DNA of 64,000 nt from Malacoraja senta (lineage: Eukaryota). The position numbers and the translations under genes were made by a program. The stretch spans positions 10,790,001 to 10,854,000 of the forward strand of contig CM075988.1 in assembly GCA_038087875.1 (NCBI GenBank), written 5' to 3'. Below, piece by piece: positions 23,101 through 34,462 of the stretch. The notes under the pieces were generated by a model that was not told the origin of the DNA, made no database searches, and saw only the letters and a program-made list of their open reading frames with translations. The first letter of the stretch is position 1. Each line of letters begins with the position of its first letter.

Positions 23101-24832
23101 TTTATACCTATTTCAATCAATTCCTATATACTTACCTAAGAAGTTTAAAAAAAAACTCGACTCAGATATCACTAATTTTATATGGGACTATAAATCACAT
23201 AGAATACAAAAAACCCATCTGAATAAACCTAAAGTATTGGGGGGTCTAGCACTACCTAATTTTATGTATTATTATTGGTCAGTAAATATTAAAAACATGA
23301 TTCAACTGATGGATAACTCCGCCCAGCAAGTAGACTGGATTGTAATGGAGAAAGAGGATTGCTCCTCTAGAAACATTGGAGCGATCCTCCTCTCTCCAAT
23401 GAAACTGAATAACATAAATTATAATAAGAACCCAATTATTCATAGTACAATCCGTATTTGGAAACAAATAAAACAAAATTTAAAATTAAGAAACTTATCA
23501 CTTTTATTACCTATAGTCAATAACCCTTCGTTTAGTCCTTCTATTATAGATAAAGCTTATACACAATGGGATAGACTAGGAATTAAAACGCTTGGTGACT
23601 TGTATGAAACTGGAAAATTACTTTCATTTCAACAATTACAAATAAAATATAAACTCGGAAATAATCAATATTTTAAATATTTTCAAATATGCGACTATTT
23701 GAAAAAATATACAAAAGATCATTATAATAATCCAGTAGATGTATTGGACGAGGCAATGCAGATAAAAGCAGAATCAGCAAACTTAATATCATATTTGTAT
23801 AATATTATTTTAAATGTACAAATACCATCTACGGAGGGTATCAGAAGAGACTGGGAACAAGAGTTAGCTATTAAAATTTCAAAGGAAAGTTGGAATGAAT
23901 ACTTATTAAACGTGCATAAATGCTCGATTAATGTAAGACACACTTTAATACAATTTAAAATTTTACATAGATTATATTATTCGAAAACTAAAATTCATAA
24001 AATTTTCCCAAACGTATCATCTATTTGTGATAAATGTCAATCCCAAGAAGCAACTATAGCGCACTCATTTGTCTTCTGTACAAAAATTCAAAAATTTTGG
24101 AATGACATTTTTGAAATCTTTACAAAGTTATTTAAAACAAGACTGATACCCAAAGCAGAATGGATTATCTTCGGAATAACGGAAGATGATCCAGAACTAA
24201 ATGTGTTTCAAAAGAAATTAATGGATTATGGGTTAATAACTGGGAAAAAGCTAATTCTAAAATTTTGGAAGAAGGCTCCAATACCAACTATAAATATGTG
24301 GATTTCAAATATGTTTGAAACATTACACCTAGAAAAGATAAGACTCCTCCTAGCAGGTAAACCAGATCACTTCCACCTGACGTGGTCTGCATTTATAGAA
24401 TTATTACAAACATAGGGTGCAAAAGTACTTTAAAAAAATAAAAAATTGAGGTCAGGTAAGGGGGGATGATAGTTGAAGAGTTGGTATGTCCTATTTACGT
24501 GATGCTCAAAAAAAAAACATTTGTTTCTCTTTTTTTCTCTTTCTCTTTTCTTTTCTTAGGGCCTATTTCTTAACTCTTTTTCTTTTTGTTTTTAATTTCG
24601 CTCTTATAGGGTCTTCGACCTTTTTTGTTGTTACATTTTCTACACTTTTCTACACTTGCACTTTTTCCTTCACTTTCTTCTTTCTTTCAATCTTTTCCTT
24701 TTCTAGTGTAAAAAATAAAAAATAAAGGGAGTACATTAATTGTAAGAAGATATAAATGACGAGTATTAATGTATGTGGTTGTAATGTAATGTACTTCTAA
24801 TAAATAAAAATTAAAAAAAAAAAAAAAAAAAA
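20127..24832 (+). mobile_element. LINE-1 clade element, 5'-truncated near the end of ORF1, recent insertion
   Basis: 14-bp TSD AAACTTCAAACTGG (20113-20126, 24833-24846), AATAAA then poly(A), TT|AAAC target, T-rich 3' UTR. Confidence 0.95.
20624..24415 (+). CDS. L1 ORF2: APE endonuclease, reverse transcriptase, Cys-rich domain (1263 aa, uninterrupted)
   Basis: SWNIRG, QETH, GGDFN, SRIDYF, SDH; GPDG, LDAEKAFD, RQGCSLSP, YADD, KYLG; CDKC...H...C. Confidence 0.97.
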   Translation: MHDTTQKNLGGISFCSWNIRGINEPIKRGKILAQLKMYNSDITFLQETHLKPQDQVRLRAKWIGQTYHSSFTSKSRDTSIIIRKGIPFKAKNIITDIEGRYLIVNGEIHDTPLTLVNIYAPNFDNPHFFNKIFNIIAESNYQNVIIGGDFNSVLDPYLDKSSQKQRGNMKSKTGELLNTYINNTNIADVWRIVNPTGREYSFYSMVHKTYSRIDYFLLDTKLIPQTSNAIYHTNSISDHSPLTFFLKLEGLSKNKSFWRFNSQILKDPQASIYLKEQMEVFFQTNDTSDISPTLFWESFKAYIRGIIISYQAFQNKKNKNEQRQLEELIRQMDIDNAKDPSIDKHNKIIILKFKLNKLLSAKLIRLFQITKQEHFEFGDKPHKLLARQLKKREKEHTIPKIKSDKGELLTTPKDINKRFAQFYENLYTSKTIIDSNNITKFLDTCNLPKLELKEQEELGAQISIKELEDTINSLKNGKTPGPDGFTNEFYKSFYDKIIPRLQKMYQYAFKKRILPDTLAESTITLIPKKNKDLEEPGSYRAIALLNTDQKILAKTLARRLSKYISKLINPDQTGFIPKRYSSNNMRRLLNIMHSHKSEDQELSIISLDAEKAFDQVEWNYMDKVLQKFQLGENFILWIKLLYNKPTARILTNNILSSKFQLSRGNRQGCSLSPQLFALIIEPLAEKIRIHPDIHGYNTKDSYNKISLYADDILLYITKPQITIPNILNLIEDFGSFSGYRINWNKSEIMSIKLKDSTHLLKFPFKIATEKFKYLGIEITRTYQGMFRANFDPLLNKLNTLIKFWKTLPMSLIGRIYAIKMIFLPQILYLFQSIPIYLPKKFKKKLDSDITNFIWDYKSHRIQKTHLNKPKVLGGLALPNFMYYYWSVNIKNMIQLMDNSAQQVDWIVMEKEDCSSRNIGAILLSPMKLNNINYNKNPIIHSTIRIWKQIKQNLKLRNLSLLLPIVNNPSFSPSIIDKAYTQWDRLGIKTLGDLYETGKLLSFQQLQIKYKLGNNQYFKYFQICDYLKKYTKDHYNNPVDVLDEAMQIKAESANLISYLYNIILNVQIPSTEGIRRDWEQELAIKISKESWNEYLLNVHKCSINVRHTLIQFKILHRLYYSKTKIHKIFPNVSSICDKCQSQEATIAHSFVFCTKIQKFWNDIFEIFTKLFKTRLIPKAEWIIFGITEDDPELNVFQKKLMDYGLITGKKLILKFWKKAPIPTINMWISNMFETLHLEKIRLLLAGKPDHFHLTWSAFIELLQT

Positions 24833-25487
24833 AAACTTCAAACTGGTAAGTTCTCGTTTAATCTTACTATTATCCTGTACTGTGTTATTTCCTTGTCTGA
24901 TCTACACCCTCTTCACTGTCGCTTTCCTTAATTCCCCCAACCCTCCACCTCTCGGCAGCCTCTGCAGCTGCATGTACCACAACACTCCAGTGCACCCTTT
25001 TGATTGCTTCATGTTGCCAGCTTGTGGTATCAATGCTGACATTTTCAAATCCCTCGCTCAAATGTTATTAGAACATATTCTTGATCAAGCCCTAAACCTA
25101 GATGCATCTTTGTAAAAGCTCACTCATATTATGCCAAGCTGTCATCAGGTATAAATGATCAATTCACAAGAGACATTAATGTTCGAGTGAAGTTATTGCC
25201 CATGGCATCTTCCTTACTGTCACTGACTTTGCTTTACTGTGTGATATTTAGAGTATGATGATCGTGGAAACTAGTCTTTTCCCATGTCTGTCCCCAGTGG
25301 CCTTTGGTAATAATGACGAACATAATTAGCTCACAAGTTTGCAAAATCAAGGCACACACCACGAGTGTGGCCTCCCACAGGAAGTGATACTTGTAGTTCA
25401 TCAGCCCAACAAATTACCAATAGACTCAGGAACGAATAATAATAAAGCAACATCAGAATATTAGTGGAGATGCAGATTCAAACAAAA

Positions 25488-25797
25488 GGGTGGCATGGTG
25501 GCGCAGCGGTAGCGTTGCTGACTTACAGTGCCAGAGACCTAGGTTTGATCCTCACTATGGGTGCTTGTCTGCACAGAATTTAAATGCTCTACCCATGACT
25601 TGCATGGGTTTCTCTGGCATCTCCGGTTTCCTCTCACACTCCAAAGACGTACACGTTTGTGGGCTAATTGGCTTGATTAAATTGAAAACTGTCCCTAGGG
25701 TGTGTAGGATAACATTAGTGTATGGAGATTGCTGGTCGGTGTGGACTCAGTGGGCTGAAGTGCCTGTTTCTCTAAACTAAACTAAATTAAACTAAAC
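25488..25797 (+). mobile_element. HE1-type V-SINE, near full length
   Basis: A-box GGTGGCGCAGCGG, B-box-like GGTTTGATCC, central CTCCGGTTTCCTC-CACACTCCAAAGAC, CR1-like 3' end and (ACTAA)n tail. Confidence 0.85.
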
Positions 25798-26329
25798 AAC
25801 AAGATTTTGAGGATTTCTGCCTCTGAATTAAATGCTAGACCATTAGCAGTAAATACGGTGGCCCAGTAATTACATTATGGATGATGTATTGAGCCTTGCT
25901 TGCAGTAGAACATCGCACATGAGGGACTCATAAAACTGACATGAGCTTCCCACACAACACAGTTCTGATGCCCCTTTTCAGACAGATTGCAATTTCTAAC
26001 CCAGTTTATGTATTAAATTGATGAATACTAACTAATGAAAGGCAAATTCTTCATGTCCTTTCACCTATTACAAGTCATCCTTCGGTCCTAAACCCAAGGT
26101 GTGAAGTTCAGTTTGAACCCATTCAATATTTGATTGGAGACTGAATCCCAGTGCATTTACCAAAGAGATACCCAAAAATCACAATGTTTAATGTACAAAG
26201 TGGGTCTGCTTTTGAAAGCTTGTGTAAGTAATGAAGACTTTGCCTTCACACTATTTTTATTTTCTAGCACCTGGAGCCTGGTGTTTTCAATGTCCCTGAG
26301 ATGCCTTGGGGAAAAGTGGGTACGATAGG

Positions 26330-26563
26330 CCAGAGCTGTCTGTAAGGAGTGTGTACATTCTCCCCGTCAGCTGTGTTGATTTTCTTTGGATTCTTCGGTT
26401 TCCTCCCACTCTCCAAAGACGTACAGGTTTGTTGGCTAATTGGCTTGGTAAAATTGTAAATTGTCCCTTCGTGTGTGTAGGGTAGTGTTAGTCTGTGCGG
26501 ATCGCTGGTGGGTGCAGACTCGGTGGGCCGAAGGGCCTGTTTCTGCACTGTATCTCTAAACTA
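26330..26563 (+). mobile_element. HE1-type V-SINE lacking its head
   Basis: Body and tail match 25488-25797. Confidence 0.8.
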
Positions 26564-26678
26564 ATAAAAAATGAAGTGTTTTTAATCGACTGTCAGGAGT
26601 ATCCAGGAGTGGATGTGCTGTTTCCACCTGGTATAAGTTTTTTTTGTTCATAATTTGCTGAAATCTCCCAGTCTCCAA

Positions 26679-26927
26679 GGGTGGCTCAGTGGTGCAGCGG
26701 TAGAGTTGATGCCTTACAGCAGCAGACACCCAGGAGTTTATACGTTCTCCCTGTGACCACATATGTTTTCTCCGGGTGCTCAGGTTGCCTCCCACATTCC
26801 AAAGACATGCAGGTGTGCAGGTTAATTGGCTTCTGTAAATTGTCCAGCGTCTAGGATAGAACTAGTGTATGGGTGATTGCTGGTGGGCGTGGACTCATAG
26901 GGCCTGTATCCATGCTGTATCTCTAAA
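26679..26927 (+). mobile_element. HE1-type V-SINE with internal deletion
   Basis: GGGTGGCTCAGTGGTGCAGCGGTAGAG head through GCTGTATCTCTAAA tail. Confidence 0.8.
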
Positions 26928-29900
26928 TTATACAAGGTTCGATATCCTCTATGGTATGTCATCCTTCACGCCACACCTGCTAACCTCCCCATCTACTTTC
27001 CCAGGCATCCGTCCATTTGATGCTAGCAAATCTCAGTCATGTTGTCTCCTTATAATGAAGATGAGCAAAGCATTTCTTTCCTTAGAATGTCATGAATTAT
27101 TGGAGACAATCTCAGAGTTTTTGATTTTGGAACTGTTCAAGGTTATGGCAGTTTTGGAGAATGGGGGAATCAAAGAAAAGTAAATACCTTAGCTGCTTAG
27201 AAGAAGCTCCTGGCCTACTTGCTGACTGGCTGCATTCCGATGGTTGGCTTCCAAGTGGAAAATGTATAGTAAATTTCCAAGCATCCTCTGATTTATTTCT
27301 ATAAAATATATGGGCAATTTTTAAGTCTTGTTGTCCCTTTTGAAAATCTTTCACCACAAAACACCCACGCCAACTGTCCCCAGCCTGGACTAAATGTTGT
27401 TCATCCGATTGTACTATATGGATAGTGAATAGACGCATTGCCCCAGAGCTCCAGCAACCCAGGTTCAATCCTGACTTCCAGCTATGTCCGCGTCGGACTT
27501 GCACATTAACCCTGTAACTTGCGTTGCTATTCACCAGGTGGTCTTCTTGATTAGTAAGGGTGTCAGGGGTTATGGGGTGAATGGGGTTGAGAGGGAAAGA
27601 TAGATCGACCATGATTGAATGGCAGAGTAGACTTAATGGGCCAAATGGCCTAATTCTGCTCCTAGAACTTATGAACTCATGGTCTCATATGCCTCAAAGA
27701 CATTCAGGTTAATAGGATAATTGGCCACTGTATATTGCCCCTCATGTGTAGGCGAGTGATAGGACCTGGGGCAAGGTGATGAGAATATGGGCAGAATCAG
27801 TGGAGATGAGTGATTTCTGGTCAACACACTCCCAGTGGCTACTTCCATGCTGTATGACTCTCCCTGAAGTTATTTTTCTCTATAACTACAGTGGTAGATT
27901 GTTTAATATCTCTGCCTGAGAGTAGGTGATTGTACAGATAACCACCTGAGAGTTACCAGATCACCTCCCAGCCTTAACACTTGGAAGATCAGAGGTACCT
28001 TCTCTGTGTAACTGACGTCCCCCTTTCCTAGAGAGTAACTCAATGGGTCAGGTAGCATCTCTGGAGAACATGGATAGGGGTTGGATCGGAACGCTTCTTC
28101 AGGCTCAGACACATTTCTTAGATCCATTTGAGCAAAGCTTCTTCTCTCCAATTAACATAAAATGTAGTTAACAAGACATTGAACTAGGCACTAAGGAGGT
28201 ACTTATTAACCTAAGCTGCTGAACTGTGGGACTCAGTATCCCAAGGAGTACCTGAGGTAGTTGGCAAACTACTACAAATACATGTTCTGTCTAAGGTGTT
28301 CCTTTAATACTACTGCCATTTTAAGAATGCATCATATGTGTGTAAGTGATCATTTGTTACAAAACCATAGTGCAGAAGCTTCCAAGAAGAAAGACTCAGT
28401 AATGCTGGCTGTTACTCTAACCTCTTGCATTAATGGAGTGCCTTGGATAAAAATAGTGTTTGTTTCCACTATCATAGAGAAGTGAATGGGGATGAGACTG
28501 AAACAACAATTGATTAATGAAAATGATGGATGCCGTAAAACATAAATAACAGGACAAGGCTAATCTGGTGGGATTAGTGTAAGAGGTTTTGGAGGGGACT
28601 CATGTGAAGTGTAAATATCAGGCAAAAGAGATAGCCGAACCATTGTTTAAAACACAAAGTGTTGGAGGAACTCAGTGGGCCAGGCAGCATCTGTGCAGAG
28701 AATGGGTAGGCACGTATTAATTCTCACCACAGATGCTGCTTGACCCACTGTTACTCCAGCATTTTGAGTTTATACAAGTTTCCAGCATCTGTAGCTCCTT
28801 ATGTCTCTGAATTATCATTTAAAGTGATGTGAGGAACAAAAGAGATCCCCCACCATCGCGTTCCTTCTGACACCTGTCGTTAAATTTAAATATATGGGAA
28901 GAGCAAGCAAAACGTTTACTGAACAGGGGCATCATTCCTCCCTCCCTGATGTTGCTGTAATTACTATCCAATGTCAGCAATTCTCTGTGCAATTAGCTCA
29001 GTGATTTTTAGGATTTGGTCAACTGGCCAGATCATTACCCTTAGTGAGAGAACGATGGCTCGAGTCGGATTCCACGTGGATGCACATTTAACATGATAGT
29101 TCTCTGGGGTGGCTGCACTGGTGAATCGGGTGCCAGGCATTGACGGTGTTTCAGTTGGAAATTGAGAACTCGTTACTCCCTTCAAAATAATACAATTGAC
29201 GTTATTATTTTACATTACCATGCCCAAATAAATAACTAACACCAGCAAAAGCAAATCCTTTGCTCATTTATCTTACTGCTGTTGGAGGGTGCCATATCAC
29301 TGTTTTATTTCCCACGTATCAGTCATTACACTGTCACTGAAGCACAGTATCGAACATAGTGATGATGCTGCTTTAGCAGCTTTCTTTATATGCAGAATTG
29401 CAAAGTCTCTTCTCTCCAGTCAGCAGGTTTTAAGTTGCAGCACATCACCACCAAATGCTCCCCCTCACCCATTCTGTGATTCATAGGGTAATTTCTCCCT
29501 ATGTGGACTATTTATATCTTCATTTGCTGGTGCATATCGCAGGAGCCAGCCTCTTCCATTTCCTCTGGAGCTTAAACAGGTTTTTGTGGGAGGTGTGTTA
29601 AAACAGAGGTACAACGAGCTGCTTGCTAGACAAGTCTCTTAAAATTACTTGCATATGAATGACGCAGAGCTTGAACAAAGATCAGTGCGAGGTAAACAAC
29701 TAGGGGAGGAGAAATTAAACGGCCAGGACTTGGTCATATCTAAATACATTTAATGAGAAAATTTGATGAAGATTTATTTGCAGGGCAGCCTTTATTGCAC
29801 TAGGAATGATGGGTGGCTGGTACACGCTGCCAGGGGTGGTGGTGGAAACAAATATTCTTGTGGTGTTTAAGAGGCTTAACGATTATGCTGCAAATGGAGG

Positions 29901-30482
29901 GATATGGATTATGTGGAGGAGATTGGCCTATGCTCCCTGGAGGAGCAAAGGGTTTAAGAAGAAGAAGAAGAAGTGGAAGAGGAAATTGGCATCATGTTTG
30001 GCACAGATATAGTGGGCAGAAGGGCCTGTTCCTGTGCTGCATTGTCCACTGAGTCTCAGTGTCATTTTACATGAAGCATGACACTAGTGAGATTATTTAT
30101 GATCTTTTGTGAAGTTCGAAGGTATTAATATTTTCGTATTGTTGTTGCTTGATCCTTTTATTCTTTTAACATTAATTGACCTATTGGATCTAAGGGGGCG
30201 CCACATTCTGCGATGTATCCCTAAACTAAACTAAACTAAATTAAACTAAAAAATGAGATCTCCAGAAAGATTTAGCGATGGATGTCAGGCACACATTGCC
30301 AGGGGTGGTGGAGTGGGCAGATATGATGATAGTGGTTGAGGCTTTTAAATAGGCACATGGATATGCAGGGCATGAAGGGATAAGCAGCCTGAGGACACTA
30401 AGTAAATCATGTTTGCACAGACATTGTGGCTGAAGGGCTTGTTTCTGTGCTGTACTGTTCTAGGTTCTGTTTTGATAGAATG

Positions 30483-30566
30483 TAGGTTTGCCAACTGTCC
30501 CGTATTAGCCGGGACATCCCGTATATTGGGCTAAAGTGGTTTATCCCATTAGGGACCGCCCCTGTC
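30483..30566 (+). mobile_element. hAT-like terminal fragment
   Basis: TAGGTTTGCCAACTGTCCCGTATTAGCCGGGACA resembles TAGGGTTGCCA hAT termini with TGTCCCG/CGGGACA subterminal repeats; only one end seen. Confidence 0.45.
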
Positions 30567-31160
30567 TAGAAGTATACAAGTTGGGAGGTCTTGTTGCATT
30601 TGTATATGACATTGGTGAGACTGCATTTAGAATATTGTGTTCAGTTCTGGGCACCATGTTATAGGAAAGATATTGTCAAGCTTGAAAGGGTTCAGAAAAT
30701 ATTAACATGGATGTTGCCAGGACAAGAGGGTGTGAGCTATAGGGAGAGGTTGAGTAGGCTGGGTCTCTATTCCATGGAGCGCAGGAGGATGAGGGGAGAT
30801 CTTATAGAGGTATACAAAATCATGAGAGGAATAGATCGGATGGATGCACAGAATCTTTTGCCCAGAGTAGAGGAATTGAGGACCAGATGTGAAGGGGAAA
30901 AGATTTAATAGAAATCCGAGGGGTAACTTTTTCACACAAAGGGTGGTGGGTGTGTGGAACAAACTGCCAGAGAGGTAGTTGAGACTGGGACTATCCCATT
31001 GTTTAACAAACAGTTAGACAGGTGCGTGGATAGGACAGGTTTTAGAGGGATATGGACCAAGCACAGGCAAATGGGACTAATGTAGCTGGGACATTGTTGG
31101 CGGTGTGGGCTAGATGGGCTGAAGGGCATGTTTCCACACTGTGTCACTCTATGATTCTAA
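30567..31160 (+). mobile_element. CR1/HER1 LINE 3' fragment
   Basis: LVRLHLEYCVQFWAP...RMRGDLIEVYKIM and 3' UTR ending GACTCTATGA-like tail. Confidence 0.88.
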
Positions 31161-32276
31161 CTTTGTACATTTTATTAGCACATTCTGCTGACACTGCATA
31201 TATATATGTTTTTCCTTAAATGAATGGAGAACAGTGTGAACTGTCAGGCTGCAGCATAGGCACAGAAATATAAAGTGACCTCAGATTCAAGGACATAAGA
31301 CTGGAGGCATCGTGAAGCAACATTGTCAAAGTATTAACATCTGAACCTCCAAAGAGATTCCACTTGGCATGTTAAGATTGATCAAAGATCTGTTATTTCC
31401 CGTTGTGACCTTTTACTCAAAACAAATTGTTCCATCGGATTGTTCTTGTAAAAAGGGCAACATAGCTCGGAAATGGCTCAATTTGTGGGTTTTGGTGCCC
31501 AATTCAGGCTGGTCCTTGGTGCCCAAATCAAGCATGTCCCTGATGCCCACGTCAGCCTCCTACACGGTGCCTGACTGAGGCACATCCCTGGTTGTCAGGT
31601 GGTTCCACTATACTGGTCTGGTTAGACTAATACAACATCCTTTCCATACAAATCACAGAAGGTAGAATGAGACTGCACAATGACACGGTATAGCAAAGAG
31701 CTCAGGTTGTCAAAGGAATAAAGCAGATTCTGAATTTCAATTTAGTTCATTGTCATATGTGCCGAGGTACAGTGAAAAGCTTTTGCTGCATTCTAACCAG
31801 TTTGCGGAAAGACTGCCGAGCCATCCACAATGCACAGATACTTGATAAAAGGAATAACATTTAGTACATTTAGATAGTCTGAAGGTTTCCAGTGATGTAG
31901 GTAGTAGCTCAGGACTGCTCTCCTGTTGTTGATAGGATGGTTCAGTTGCCTGATAACAGCTGGGAGGAAGCTGTCCCTGAATCTGGATGTATGCATTTTC
32001 ACACTTCTGTATCTCTTGGCTGATGGGAGAGCGGGTGACCGGGGTCAGACTCGTCCTTGATTATGCTGGTGGCCTTGCCGAGGCAGCGTGAAGTGTAAAT
32101 GGAGTAGGTTGGTTTGTGTGATGATCTGGGCCGTGTCCACAATTCTCTGCAATTTCTTGCTGTCTTGGATGGAGCCGTCCAAAACCATGATGTGATGCAT
32201 CACGATAAAATGTTTTATACTGCGCCTCTGTAGAAGTTTACATGGATAGGACAGGTTTTGAGGGATACGGGCCTAA

Positions 32277-34462
32277 AACCCCTGTTACACTGTGCGAGCT
32301 GACCCACGAGGTACCCCGAGTTTAAAACAAATTTAACTCGTGGTAATCACGTACAATTAACGTAGCGGGAACGTCGGAACTCGTGGACGCAACTTAGCGA
32401 CTCGTGGCGCTAACGGCAGGTACCCGTGAAACTTGTTAACTCTTGAAAAAGTTCATGTTTGAACTTTTCCATGAGTAAAATGTACTCTTGAGGTTAAAAT
32501 TTGAAACATTTCAACTCGTTGTAAGAACGTAGTGGCCCATGCGTTTACCTTTGTGACTCGTGATTCTACCGTGGGAACTCTTTTTAGAAACAATAATCAG
32601 GGACAGAAATATCAGTTACTTAGACATTTTAAAGACAAATTCTGCTTAACAAAGTAAAAGTTGTTGATAAGGTGACAGAGTGGGTTGAAAAGAAAAAATT
32701 GCTTGAAGTTTATATATAGATTTTGTGTATTTGGGACTGAGACTTTTCGTTGTCTCTGTACTGTACACTGCACAATGACAATAAAGTTGAATCTGAATCT
32801 GAATCTGAGATAACAACCTTAAGACAAACCAGTATTGAGGAACAGCGTGAGAACATTTTATGACACTTCATGGCAGCCTAATCTGAGGTTTGCCAGTCAC
32901 GTCCAGAAGCCATCTCTACCAGTGCTGTTGAAGAAGACAGGGTTGTGTTCACCTCTCCTGCACCCCTGTTCCGTAGGACAACACCAACTCTTTCATTATG
33001 CGGATGTTAAAGGCTGGGTTTTATTCTCAAGCCATGATGCCAGATTCCCGATCTCTTTACTGAACTTTACTGAATCAAAGGGTTCTATATGAGGTGCTGC
33101 CTCAAAAAGGCAGCCAGCATTGTCATGGACCCACACTACCCTGGCCATGCTCTCATTTCATTCCTGCTGAGCAGAAGGTATAAGAATCTGAAAACCATGA
33201 CCACCAGGTTCAAGAACAGCTTCTTCCCAACAACCATCGGGCTCTTGAACGCTACAAATGCTAACTAAACTATGAACTACAAACTGCCTTGGTTGCACTA
33301 AGGACTTTGGGATTTTTGCAATAATACTGAATTTTTTAATATATATTTTCTTTGTTTAGTATATTATCTATGAGTATTGTGTTTACTGGCCTGTTATGCT
33401 ACTGCAAGTGGGAACTCTTTAACTCAGAGGGCAGGCAGCATCTCTGGAGAGAAGGAATGGGTGATGGGATGACATTTCCAAATTGGGGGAGGGGGGGTGA
33501 GGTGGGTGGGGTGGAGGAGAGGGGGTGGAGAGTGGAAGGAGAGGAGGGGGAGACAGATGGGGGTGTCTTCATTCACTGGCTGCGGGTGCCTGTCACTGAA
33601 ACAGGTAGGTGAGATTTCACATCCACCTTGTGTGTGTGTCTCTCTCTCCCTCCCTCCCTCTCACACAGGCTGAGAGACTCTGCCTCTGTGAGTGTACGTC
33701 CCTTTCTCCCCCTCTCCCTGGGCTCTATACGCTAATTGTTTCCTATGAGAGACTTTGAAAAATAAGAATCACATTTCACACATTGATTTTATGACTTTTA
33801 ATTCTTAACATGACCATAATCACAATCTTTTGTCATGTTTCATCAGTAGAGGTCCCAAGTTATTCTTCAGCTCATTAAAGAGCTCAGGTGAAATTCTGAT
33901 GAAATTTTTAAATGCAGATTTATCCTCTTCGCACAGCACATTAAGCAGCTTTTCATACTGTCCAAAGAGAGATCTCCTTTGAAACAGGGGCTTCACCCAC
34001 TGAGACCTCTTCTTAATTTTCCTCTTTACTCTCTCTCTTCTGCCATCATTACACAAGCGTCCTTGCATCACATAAAGGGCTGCTGCATACAGCACTTGAA
34101 CAAAAAACATCACCATCCTGGACTCCAATAGCCTTCTTGCAGACATTTTCTCCAAATGAGCCAATTTAAACAAGGCAGGCTTTTTATAGCATGTAAAAAA
34201 AAGCATGACATCATTTTTTTAACATGTGATGTTTTTTCAACACGTCGATATACATTGTTGCCTCAAGATTAACGGGAGAGGAACTTGGTACACTCGGGAG
34301 ACGAACTTGGAACATCGCAGAAATGAGAAGTAAACGGCAAACGTAGACATACCCGTGGGAACTCGATTAAACTCTGGATCATAAACTTGTAGTCTCGTAC
34401 GCAACCACGAGTCTTTCACTCGGGGTCACTCGTGGGTCAACTCGCACAGTGAAACAGGGCTT
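32277..34462 (-). mobile_element. Non-autonomous PIF/Harbinger element, copy 2
   Basis: TIRs AACCCCTGTTACACTGTGCGAGCTGACCCACGAG / CTCGTGGGTCAACTCGCACAGTGAAACAGGGCTT; exact TAA TSD (32274-32276, 34463-34465); ends are the reverse complement of copy 1. Confidence 0.88.
33820..34146 (-). pseudogene. Harbinger transposase N-terminal fragment
   Basis: RSQWVKPLFQRRSLFGQYEKLL...EDKSAFKNFIRISPELFNELKNNLGPLLMKHD fits the W-V-x-P...F-x-N-F-x-R-x-S...F-x-x-L N-terminus of HARBI1-type transposases; DDE domain absent. Confidence 0.8.

Larger units (their letters stand above)
15287..24871 (+). mobile_element. DIRS1-type tyrosine-recombinase retrotransposon, full length (15287-20126 plus 24847-24871), interrupted by L1
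   Basis: Begins and ends with ATT; inverted repeats 15314-15349 vs 20043-20078; internal complementary region 19815-19924 matches both termini; three overlapping ORFs gag, RT/RH/MT, YR. Confidence 0.95.

Noticed and set aside
24486..24725. Phe-rich 79-aa ORF
   Set aside because: T-rich L1 3' UTR.
25488..25560. tRNA gene
   Set aside because: A/B boxes belong to the SINE head; no cloverleaf.
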